A stretch of 64,000 nucleotides of DNA from an uncultured Candidatus Saccharibacteria bacterium (GTDB taxonomy: Bacteria > Patescibacteriota > Minisyncoccia > Minisyncoccales > CAYVNG01), in the NCBI GenBank assembly GCA_964452875.1, contig CAYVNG010000002.1:1459-65458 (forward strand). Direction: 5' to 3'. A program made the position numbers and the translations under genes. Positions 48,261 through 55,500 of this stretch are shown here, piece by piece (the first letter of the stretch is position 1; each line of letters starts with the position of its first letter). The notes under the pieces were generated by a model. It had not been told where the DNA came from, made no database searches, and was given only the letters and a program-made list of their open reading frames with translations.

Positions 48261-48590
48261 TTAGGAGTTCTTTCCTTCCACTTCTTTTCTTCCTTCCTGG
48301 AGCTCTTTCTCCTGCTCTTCGTCTTCCTTCAAAAGAAGGGCCTCGAATTCACCCACATGGGTCTTTTCTTCTTTGGCTATGTCCAAAAGTATCTCCTTTA
48401 TCTTTTCGCTTCTGGTGAGGGAAGCCATTTGTTCGTAAAGGCTCACTGCATCGAGCTCGGCTATCATTCCAACCCTCAGAATCTCTTTTTCCAGCTCTTT
48501 CTGACTCACTTTTTCCAAATTGACGGGTATTGAAGACATCATGGTTTTTAAAAATTGAATTAATTGTTTGCCAGTCGACCTTTCAGCCAT
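48261..48590 (-). CDS. Ferritin-like/rubrerythrin-superfamily small protein (EncFtn-like motif)
   Basis: 109 aa. IAELDAVSLYEQMA ... IAKEEKTHVGEFEALL (ExxH di-iron-type motif). Start uncertain: 48590, or 48542 at MMSSIP. Confidence 0.6.
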   Translation of the reverse strand: MAERSTGKQLIQFLKTMMSSIPVNLEKVSQKELEKEILRVGMIAELDAVSLYEQMASLTRSEKIKEILLDIAKEEKTHVGEFEALLLKEDEEQEKELQEGRKEVEGKNS

Positions 48591-49222
48591 CTGACTTTTC
48601 CGAACTGGTCTTTTTCGATTTGATATCCTATTTTTGCGTTTTGAAGCGCCTCTTTCACCGCTTTTTCCTGCAAAGGGTCGAACTCCATATAAAAGACCCC
48701 TTTTCCTTTCAGATGGTCTCCCACCTCGCTCAAAAACCTTTTTATCTCGTCTGTCCCGTCTTTCCCTCCGAAAAGCGATATTGCCGGATCCCTTTTCAAG
48801 ACGTCATCTTCCACTTCTTTGATTCTGGCTTCGGCCACGTAAGGAGGATTGGAAAGGATGACGTCGTATTTTTTCCCTTTGAGGCCGGAAAACAGATCTG
48901 ACTCCACTATCCTGTACCTTTCGCTCAAGATTCCATTCTCCTTGAGATTTTTTTCCGTTTCAGAAAGAGCTTCAGGGGATATGTCAGCGAAATCAACCGA
49001 TGAGTTTCCGACTCTTTTCAGGAAGGATATCCCGATGCATCCTGAACCGGCAAAAAGATCCAGAATTTTGAGATTCCCTTTTCTCTGCCTGTTTTCGCCT
49101 ATCGCCTTTCCTGCCCAGAATTCTGTTTCAATCCTCGGCCGGAAAGACTTTTGAGTGCGTATTTCGCACCCTAAAAAGTTGGTTCTTTCTGCCATACCGC
49201 AAATCATTTTTGATGATATCAC
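48560..49222 (-). CDS. prmC: N5-glutamine (release-factor) methyltransferase, PrmC/HemK-like, lacking the usual N-terminal domain
   Basis: 220 aa. SAM motif ILDLFAGSGCIG and catalytic SNPPYV. Start codon uncertain. Confidence 0.75.
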   Translation of the reverse strand: MISSKMICGMAERTNFLGCEIRTQKSFRPRIETEFWAGKAIGENRQRKGNLKILDLFAGSGCIGISFLKRVGNSSVDFADISPEALSETEKNLKENGILSERYRIVESDLFSGLKGKKYDVILSNPPYVAEARIKEVEDDVLKRDPAISLFGGKDGTDEIKRFLSEVGDHLKGKGVFYMEFDPLQEKAVKEALQNAKIGYQIEKDQFGKVRWLKGRLANN

Positions 49223-49245
49223 AGTCTTGAAATTTTTAAAACAAA

Positions 49246-49273
49246 GTCCTGCAGGGATTCGGCCCTGCAGGAC
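49246..49273 (-). terminator. Intrinsic terminator hairpin
   Basis: 11-bp perfect stem GTCCTGCAGGG-ATTCGG-CCCTGCAGGAC. On the minus strand it is followed by TTTGTTTT. Lies downstream of the SIMPL-domain gene. Confidence 0.7.
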
Positions 49274-49290
49274 GGACGCCCTCGAAACCC

Positions 49291-50106
49291 TCAGTTTATC
49301 TCGTAGGTGATGTACACGTTGACTGATATCTTATTCTCCCCTGTTTCGATCTGCGGGGACACTGATTCTTCTGACCCTCCGTAGCCGACGGCCGATTTGT
49401 CATAGCTGTAATATATCGGCACGTATCCGCTCTCGCTGAATCCGACGATGCCGCCCAGATTCACTCCAAGCTGAGAGGCAAGCTCCCTTGCCTTTTCCTT
49501 GGCCTGGGCTATGGCATCCTCCCTGGCCTGATCCTTGAACTCTTCTTCCTGATCGACCGTGAACTGGAGGCTGCCGACCTGGTTGGATCCTTCTTCAGTC
49601 GCTTTCTGAATGATCTCTCCCACCTTTTCCAGGTTTCTTATCTTCACTTCAAGAGACTGGGTGACTTCGTATCCTGCAAGGACCCTTTCTCCTTCAGGAT
49701 AGTAGCTGGAAAGCTCTTCTGACTTCTTCCATTCGTATCTGGGGGAAATGTTGAAGCCGATGGTCTTCAAATCCTTTTCTTCGACTCCAAGGTCTTTTAT
49801 GGCCTGGATTATCCCGTTCATCTTCTCGGTATTTTCAGAGAGGGCTTCCTGGACGGTCTTCTTTTCCGTAACCACTGAAAAGACGGAAACGGCCAGATCA
49901 GGCTTGGCGTAAACTTCGCCAGTTCCCGTGACCTGGATCGTCCTCTGGTATTCGACTTGCTGGCCTATATATTTCCCTTCTTTTACTTTGTTGGAAATAT
50001 CCACCCCGACCCAAACGACCGAAAAAATCAGAAGAGAAACCAGCGACGCTGCCGCGACGACGGCTAAGTTCCTGTTTTTGGTTATTTTCTCGATTATTTG
50101 TTCCAT
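49291..50106 (-). CDS. SIMPL/DUF541 domain secreted protein
   Basis: 271 aa. N-terminal TM helix. Pattern TGTGEVYAKPDLA...GYEVTQSLEVKIRN...ISVNVYITYEI is typical of SIMPL. Confidence 0.7.
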   Translation of the reverse strand: MEQIIEKITKNRNLAVVAAASLVSLLIFSVVWVGVDISNKVKEGKYIGQQVEYQRTIQVTGTGEVYAKPDLAVSVFSVVTEKKTVQEALSENTEKMNGIIQAIKDLGVEEKDLKTIGFNISPRYEWKKSEELSSYYPEGERVLAGYEVTQSLEVKIRNLEKVGEIIQKATEEGSNQVGSLQFTVDQEEEFKDQAREDAIAQAKEKARELASQLGVNLGGIVGFSESGYVPIYYSYDKSAVGYGGSEESVSPQIETGENKISVNVYITYEIN

Positions 50107-50129
50107 TTTATTTCATTTGTTTTAATTTT

Positions 50130-50570
50130 TCAGTTGCAGCCCGCGTCGGCCGAACCGCAAGCCGTGCTCGTGGTGTTCGCCAGGCCGCTTGAATCTATGC
50201 AGTAATACTGGCTGGCGTCCGCGACCAGCTGTACGCTCAGACAATAGCTGTCGGAATCCGCATAGCACCATTTGATCGCTCCGCCCTGGCTTATGACATC
50301 TGCCTGGACGACGCTCTGCTGGACGGAATATGCATCGTCTCCTCCGATAGTGGAAGTGTCAGAACAGAGGCTGGCGTAGCTTCCGTCATCGCTGTCTATG
50401 AGCACGGCGATGGTCCTGAGCTGGGAGACATCCTGCTTTATCCTCACGTCCCTGGCCTTGGCCGTAGCTCCGGACATGGAAATCATGGTCAGGGAGGCTA
50501 AAATCCCGATGATCGAGATTACCACCAAAAGCTCAACGAGCGTGAATCCAACGGGTTTTGGACGTTTCAT
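50130..50570 (-). CDS. Type IV pilin-like protein (prepilin-type N-terminal methylation domain)
   Basis: 146 aa. MKRPKPVG/FTLVELLVVISIIGILA prepilin signal and hydrophobic helix. C-terminal Cys pairs. Confidence 0.85.
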   Translation of the reverse strand: MKRPKPVGFTLVELLVVISIIGILASLTMISMSGATAKARDVRIKQDVSQLRTIAVLIDSDDGSYASLCSDTSTIGGDDAYSVQQSVVQADVISQGGAIKWCYADSDSYCLSVQLVADASQYYCIDSSGLANTTSTACGSADAGCN

Positions 50571-50630
50571 ATCTTCAGGTTTTTATTCCACCACAGCCTT
50601 CAAATTTCAAAAAGAGGGCATCCATAACGG

Positions 50631-51161
50631 TCAAACCAGCTTTTTCCAGTTCCTTTCGTAACGGCTGAATTTTTTTTCGAATTCCTCTTTGGGAGTAATT
50701 GCTATGCCGAGCCTTTTGAATTCTTCCTTCAGCTTTCCAAGCTGCTTTTCTTCCTGTCCCGGCCGGCAGATTTTCTCAAGCTCAATTATATATCCGTACC
50801 CTTTGGTCTTGTCCAGGCAGACGCCGATCCCCTTCCATCTGAATTCCTCCCTTTCCCTGAACCATTTTATTTTCGGCCCGAATCCCAAAGAAGAAAACAA
50901 AGCGGAGAGCTTTTCAAAATCGTCTCTGGCAAATCTGATTTCGATTTCCTCTCTGGCTTCGTCGTGCATTTTCCCTTTTTTCAGCCAGATCTTTGAAAAA
51001 TACCTGTTTTTTTGTATTCTCAGATCTTCTTTCGACTCCAAATAGTGGGTTTCCTGGGAATCGCGCCTCAAAAAACGGGCGTTCTTTCTGAAAAAGGAAA
51101 GCAGGCCTTGATATTGCCCCTTTGAAATGAAGCTCCTGATTTCGACTTCGACTTTCTTCAT
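50631..51161 (-). CDS. CYTH domain protein (class IV adenylyl cyclase / triphosphatase family)
   Basis: 176 aa. N-terminal EVEIR (ExExK-like) strand plus a charged beta-barrel pattern. Confidence 0.65.
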   Translation of the reverse strand: MKKVEVEIRSFISKGQYQGLLSFFRKNARFLRRDSQETHYLESKEDLRIQKNRYFSKIWLKKGKMHDEAREEIEIRFARDDFEKLSALFSSLGFGPKIKWFREREEFRWKGIGVCLDKTKGYGYIIELEKICRPGQEEKQLGKLKEEFKRLGIAITPKEEFEKKFSRYERNWKKLV

Positions 51162-52879
51162 GGTTCTGTTTGATGATATTCGGCTTTTCCGAACCCGGAA
51201 ACTATGTCTTGGACTGTTTTTCCGGGCAGGGAAAGCAAAACCTTGTCTTCAAGATAGCCATAGATCCTGCTGAAACCGTTCAAAGCATGGCAGACAGAGT
51301 CGGTCCTCACGTACTTTTCAGAACCGTTCCAGACGATTCCGCCTTTGGCCCTTTCAAAGTTTTCTGAAACATGGGAATTTTCATCGAAAATACCGTGCTG
51401 GATTATCCACCTCATATCTTCGACAACGGCCGCCTTGTACTGTTCGCAAAAGCTTTCCCCTTCTTCAAGGCAGAATCTGTAAAGATCTGCCATCACTTCT
51501 CCTATCCATCCCATTCCGCTGGTGGAATAGGCTCCCTGCCATCCTCCCCTGTATTCGAGGTTTTCTGAATCAGTGTTCTGATTTTCCAGTATCAGGCTGC
51601 TCAGTTCGAAAATGACGGATTTATATCTGTCGTCCCCGCTCACTTTATAGAAATCGATCAGGGACATCACTATCCACGCATTGGATATGGGGTTCTTTTC
51701 CCTATACTCGTCTTCTATGTATCCTTTTTCCGCTTCGTATTTTGCTGCGTGCCTGTCGGCTATCTTTTTTGAAGCTTCATAGTATTTCTGGTCTTTTGTC
51801 TCCGCATACAGCTTTGACAGGGCGGAAAGGACTTGTCCGTTGTAAAGGAATGATTCCAGCTTCCCTTTGACCCAGGATTCCCCGTTGTACCTCACGTAAG
51901 GCACCATGCTCCCGTTGTCCCTCTGCATGGTCAGCAGCCAATCCCCGGCGATGACGGCCGAGTCAAGGTATTTCTGCTCTCCCGTGACTTCGTGCATCCT
52001 TAATAAGGTGAAAATGCTCAAGGCGGCAGTCCCGACAACGAACCTTTGCTCTTTTTCTCCTGTCTTTAAAGAACAGGAATAATGGAAAGCTCCGTATCTT
52101 TCGTCGCCAGGGCCGGTGTTCTGCATCGACATTAAAAACTCCCCCCATCGCGGAAGGTTTTCCAGAATGCTTTCGTCCTTTTCAAGGTCGTAAATGTAAA
52201 GGAAAGTGTATATTATGGAGGCCGAATAAACGGCGTGGACCTCCTCTTCGAAAGAGTCGCTCAGGACATAGTATCTTTTATGGAAGCCGTGGCTCAAGGG
52301 ATCTTCCATCCTGTAAAGGAAATCCTTTCCCTCTTTGATGGCTTTTGATATGAGATCTTTGTCCATCTTGCGTATCGCAACCATATCATTGCTGAGCTCC
52401 CTTGGGCCGTCTTCCGTCTCTATGAAAGCGAACTGGTCGGGAGGGCTGAGCAGTCTTATCAAAATTCTTGAAGAAGAGACGTCTTCTTCAGGCAAACTCT
52501 CTGAATCAAAAATGCTTTCGGAAGCGGATATTAAGGCAAGGCCCAAATTCTCTCCTTTTCCCTGCCCTGCTATTATTTTTTCATTCCCCAAATAAAGTTC
52601 GACAGCAACATTCCAATCTCCGCTGATTTCCAGGTTTTTTGGAATCTCTTTTCCTATTCCTTCCAGTTTTCCGAATATTACGCTCCTGACGAACTTAATT
52701 GCAGAATCCATGAAGGATTCAAGGCTGTCTTGATCCTCTTCTTGCACGCTTTTAAGGCTCACTGCGGGACAAGGCCCCAAAGCAGCCGTCTTCAAAGACC
52801 ACAAGCTCCATGCGGAAACGGCCGCAGAAGCGATCAGGACTATCGACATGTATCTCAGGTTTATCTTTCCTTCCCACAT
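51158..52879 (-). CDS. Hypothetical exported protein with a probable (alpha/alpha)6-toroid C-terminal domain
   Basis: 573 aa. N-terminal TM/signal. C-terminal repeats of aromatic/Gly-rich helices (GTAALSIF, YNGQVLSALSKLY, GGWQGAYSTSGMGWIGE). Fold call made by eye. ATGA overlap with the CYTH gene. Confidence 0.4.
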   Translation of the reverse strand: MWEGKINLRYMSIVLIASAAVSAWSLWSLKTAALGPCPAVSLKSVQEEDQDSLESFMDSAIKFVRSVIFGKLEGIGKEIPKNLEISGDWNVAVELYLGNEKIIAGQGKGENLGLALISASESIFDSESLPEEDVSSSRILIRLLSPPDQFAFIETEDGPRELSNDMVAIRKMDKDLISKAIKEGKDFLYRMEDPLSHGFHKRYYVLSDSFEEEVHAVYSASIIYTFLYIYDLEKDESILENLPRWGEFLMSMQNTGPGDERYGAFHYSCSLKTGEKEQRFVVGTAALSIFTLLRMHEVTGEQKYLDSAVIAGDWLLTMQRDNGSMVPYVRYNGESWVKGKLESFLYNGQVLSALSKLYAETKDQKYYEASKKIADRHAAKYEAEKGYIEDEYREKNPISNAWIVMSLIDFYKVSGDDRYKSVIFELSSLILENQNTDSENLEYRGGWQGAYSTSGMGWIGEVMADLYRFCLEEGESFCEQYKAAVVEDMRWIIQHGIFDENSHVSENFERAKGGIVWNGSEKYVRTDSVCHALNGFSRIYGYLEDKVLLSLPGKTVQDIVSGFGKAEYHQTEP

Positions 52880-52894
52880 ATGTATTCTAAGAGT

Positions 52895-53527
52895 TTAATA
52901 GAAATTCCTTAAAACCGGAAGGGTGAGGGCCATGGCTGCCAAAGAATAGGCCAAAAACAAAAGCAAAAGCCTTTTGGGATCCCTTTTCCTGGCGCTCCTT
53001 GTCATCAAGACCGAGACTGCAACGACCAAGATCGTTTTGAAAACCAGGACCAAAAAAGGCAAAAGAGAGAATTCTTCCATGAAAGGGAACGCCCAGACAA
53101 AGAGCAAGGAAGCGAAGCTGGAAAAAGGGGATTCGTACAGTATTCTTGCTTCCGTTTTCTGATCCGGCCAGAAAAGCCCTTTTTTCACCTGACTGACGTA
53201 TATCTGCGGCTTCCCGAAAAAGAGGTACTGCTCTCCGAAATACGTTTCTTCATCCATCAGATCCCCTTGCAGCCATGCATTTTCCCCTTCTCTGATTTCC
53301 CCCCTGGTGTATCCGCCTTTATCTGTCACTATGACCAAATTGTCCGCAGGAGCCGTTCCCTCGATATTCTCTGCATAAAAATACTCGAGCTTTCCTCCGG
53401 CTGTCTGGATGATCTTTTCCGACACTTCCGCCCTGAAAACGTAAGAAGATTGGTCGGGGTCTATATTCACCGCTAATAAAGGAAAAGCCGCTGTTGCGGC
53501 CAGTAATATGAACAATGTTTTCTCCAT
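52895..53527 (-). CDS. Hypothetical membrane protein (signal peptide, soluble domain, 3 C-terminal TM helices)
   Basis: 210-aa ORF. Compact spacing to its neighbours. No recognised motif. Confidence 0.5.
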   Translation of the reverse strand: MEKTLFILLAATAAFPLLAVNIDPDQSSYVFRAEVSEKIIQTAGGKLEYFYAENIEGTAPADNLVIVTDKGGYTRGEIREGENAWLQGDLMDEETYFGEQYLFFGKPQIYVSQVKKGLFWPDQKTEARILYESPFSSFASLLFVWAFPFMEEFSLLPFLVLVFKTILVVAVSVLMTRSARKRDPKRLLLLFLAYSLAAMALTLPVLRNFY

Positions 53528-53537
53528 GTATCTCTCT

Positions 53538-53738
53538 TTATCCTTCCGGCCTGGCAGGGATCAGAAAAGCCAGAATCAGATAGAGCAACATCCCTGTCCC
53601 GTGGAAAAAGGCCAGGATAACGAAAATAATCCGCACCGCCGTGGCATCGACGTTTAGGTATTCCCCTATCCCGCCGGCAACCCCGGCGATCATTCTCTTA
53701 TCTCTGGAACGGTATATTTTTCTCGGCTGTTCTTCCAT
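53538..53738 (-). CDS. PspC domain protein
   Basis: 66 aa. KRMIAGVAGGIGEYLNVDATAVRIIFVIL. Confidence 0.85.
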   Translation of the reverse strand: MEEQPRKIYRSRDKRMIAGVAGGIGEYLNVDATAVRIIFVILAFFHGTGMLLYLILAFLIPARPEG

Positions 53739-53836
53739 ATATTTTCACACTTTACCATAAAAATTGCCGGAAACCAAAGGTGGTTATTCCGTCATGATAT
53801 AACAAAAGCCGACAGGATTGAACTATCCTCCAAAGA

Positions 53837-53866
53837 TTGTTTTACTCGCATATTTTGTGGTATATT
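53837..53866 (+). promoter_or_regulatory. Putative promoter (TTGTTT-18 nt-TGGTATATT)
   Basis: Extended -10 TGg-TATATT at 53858-53866. Weak -35 TTGTTT at 53837-53842. Confidence 0.4.
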
Positions 53867-54150
53867 GAAAATAGTCGTAAAAATATATGGAACAACAATC
53901 ACCCCCTAAAAAATCCCAATTTTTTTCCTTTTTTGACAAGACAGCCCGCAAAGACGAAAAAGCGAGTTTCCGAAGGCAAAAACGCCAGAAAATGGGGAGT
54001 TATAGCGGAAGGCGGATTCACCAGCACAGGACTGGAAGCGCTTGATAAAGACAAGACGGCAAATCCCGCCTGTATTAAACGCTTCGACCAGGAAAAACCC
54101 ATTTGTTGCGACAGACTTGCTTTCAAAAAATAGCCGTCAGACCAAAGCCA

Positions 54151-54178
54151 TTGACTTTTTGCGGAAATCTGCTAATAT
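54151..54178 (+). promoter_or_regulatory. Sigma-70-type promoter for the CxxC-x17-CxxC gene
   Basis: TTGACT-(16 nt)-TGC-TAATAT. About 100 nt upstream of the ATG at 54283. Confidence 0.6.
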
Positions 54179-54282
54179 AGGAGCAGAATCGTAAGTCGAA
54201 AACCTTAGTTCCGCCTTCAAACGAAGGCGATAAGCGAAGCGACTTGGGATTTGAAAGGTCGCTTTTTGATTTCAAAACAAAC

Positions 54283-54465
54283 ATGACATTCGACAATCAA
54301 GACTCTCAAGGGGATTTCCCCAAAAGAGAAATGGTTAAAGGAAACTGGAATTGCAGCGAATGCGGAAAAGAGATAACAGAGCTCCCGTTCGAACCGGCTC
54401 AAGACAGACCGGTTTACTGCAAAGACTGCTGGTCAAAGAAAAGAAGCCAGAAATTCAGCCGATAA
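54283..54465 (+). CDS. CxxC-x17-CxxC zinc-ribbon domain protein
   Basis: MTFDNQDSQGDFPKREMVKGNWNCSECGKEITELPFEPAQDRPVYCKDCWSKKRSQKFSR. Exactly 17 residues between the CSEC and CKDC pairs. Start set at ATG 54283; the track uses TTG 54244. Confidence 0.75.
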   Translation: MTFDNQDSQGDFPKREMVKGNWNCSECGKEITELPFEPAQDRPVYCKDCWSKKRSQKFSR

Positions 54466-54473
54466 CCGTTTCA

Positions 54474-54509
54474 AACAAAACTCCGATGCCTAAGCATCGG
54501 AGTTTTGTT
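54474..54509. terminator. Bidirectional intrinsic terminator between convergent genes
   Basis: AACAAAACTCCGATGC-CTAA-GCATCGGAGTTTTGTT. Confidence 0.8.
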
Positions 54510-54510
54510 T

Positions 54511-54939
54511 TCAGAAATACCCTTTCGGTTTCAGCTTGGAGTAAAGGCGGTTGAACCTTTCTTCGTCAAGATATGATCCGTTCTTCGCCCTGTTTTTTAT
54601 CTTTTTTGCGAGCAGATAAAATCTCTCAAGCTTATGGAATTTTTCGTTTTTTGCGTATTTCTTCAGGATCTTTCCGTCTTTTTTATCTACGGCTTCAAGG
54701 AACTTGTCTATGGTTATGGCCGGCCTTATCAAGGGAACTCTCTTTTCCAGGGATTCTGAAACTATCTTTTCTGGATAAAAATATCCGAGGAAGAATATGA
54801 TGGCTCTCGCCCTGTTGGCGTCTTCCCAGGAAGGGTTTTTGCTGTCGAGCACGATTTGATATTCCTGCCACAGTCTTTCTATGCTTTTCGCCATCTTCTT
54901 AACGTCGAGCAAATATGTCTCTTTGAGGAGGTCTTTCAT
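54511..54939 (-). CDS. Hypothetical protein (142 aa), translationally coupled to the swivel-domain gene
   Basis: ORF with an ATGA overlap to the upstream gene. Helical, Lys-rich. No motif recognised. Confidence 0.55.
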   Translation of the reverse strand: MKDLLKETYLLDVKKMAKSIERLWQEYQIVLDSKNPSWEDANRARAIIFFLGYFYPEKIVSESLEKRVPLIRPAITIDKFLEAVDKKDGKILKKYAKNEKFHKLERFYLLAKKIKNRAKNGSYLDEERFNRLYSKLKPKGYF

Positions 54940-55232
54940 TTCATTTTCCGGATTGTTTTTCTTTCAAAGTCGACGGCGACCCTGTCCCCTGTCTTGAATC
55001 TTTTGGCGGCCTCCTTGACCCCCATTAAAATCGGAATGCCGAATTCCCTGGCAACGATGGCCGCATGGCAAAGCCTGTTGTCGACTTCGACGACGATCCC
55101 CTTTATATTCCTTATGACAAGGACCAGGTCGGGATGGGTCTCCTTTGAGATCAATATCGTCTCGGATTTTATCTTTGGATAGTCTCTCCTGCTCCTTACC
55201 ACCGTGGCCTTCCCTTGGATGACCTTGTTCAT
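54936..55232 (-). CDS. Stand-alone PEP-utilising-enzyme mobile (phosphohistidine swivel) domain protein
   Basis: 98 aa. ...IVVEVDNRLCHAAIVAREFGIPILMGV... aligns with the swivel motifs of the ppsA/ppdK genes in this window (GGKTAHAAIVSRELGVPAIVG). The His is conserved. Confidence 0.75.
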   Translation of the reverse strand: MNKVIQGKATVVRSRRDYPKIKSETILISKETHPDLVLVIRNIKGIVVEVDNRLCHAAIVAREFGIPILMGVKEAAKRFKTGDRVAVDFERKTIRKMK

Positions 55233-55285
55233 GGCCTTATTCTCAGATTTTACCAGAAAACCGGGTTCCTGACGACAAAAAACGA

Positions 55286-55307
55286 AAGGCGCCCTTTAAG
55301 GCGCCTT
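55286..55307 (-). terminator. Intrinsic terminator/attenuator hairpin in the leader of the swivel-domain operon
   Basis: AAGGCGCC-(6-nt loop)-GGCGCCTT. On the minus strand it is followed by TCGTTTTTT. Lies 54 nt upstream of the ATG at 55232. Confidence 0.65.
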
Positions 55308-55461
55308 CATTTTTCTACTCTTTTGGCTTGTCTGGCATTAAAATTGGGTTCCTTCAATACTTAAAAGGAGAAAAATACGATCCTTTTTATTGATTTTGGA
55401 GCCCTTTTTAAGGAAGGGGCAAAAGGAGACCGATCCAATTGCGATAATCCTTCATAAAGTG

Positions 55462-55490
55462 ATTATAGCGCGGCAAAAGCATGCTGTCAA
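55462..55490 (-). promoter_or_regulatory. Perfect consensus sigma-70 promoter (TTGACA-17 nt-TATAAT) with no ORF directly behind it
   Basis: Minus strand reads TTGACA gcatgcttttgccgcgc TATAAT. Begins 11 nt after the GerMN gene stop. Confidence 0.7.
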
Positions 55491-55500
55491 TAATGGCATT

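Noticed and set aside
53873-54130. A possible SRP RNA, RNase P RNA or tmRNA in the large intergenic region.
   Set aside because: I looked for the SRP domain IV (GGAA tetraloop flanked by AGCA/GGAA-type loops), the RNase P GAGGAAAGUCC and ACAGAA motifs, and the tmRNA tRNA-like ends. None is present.
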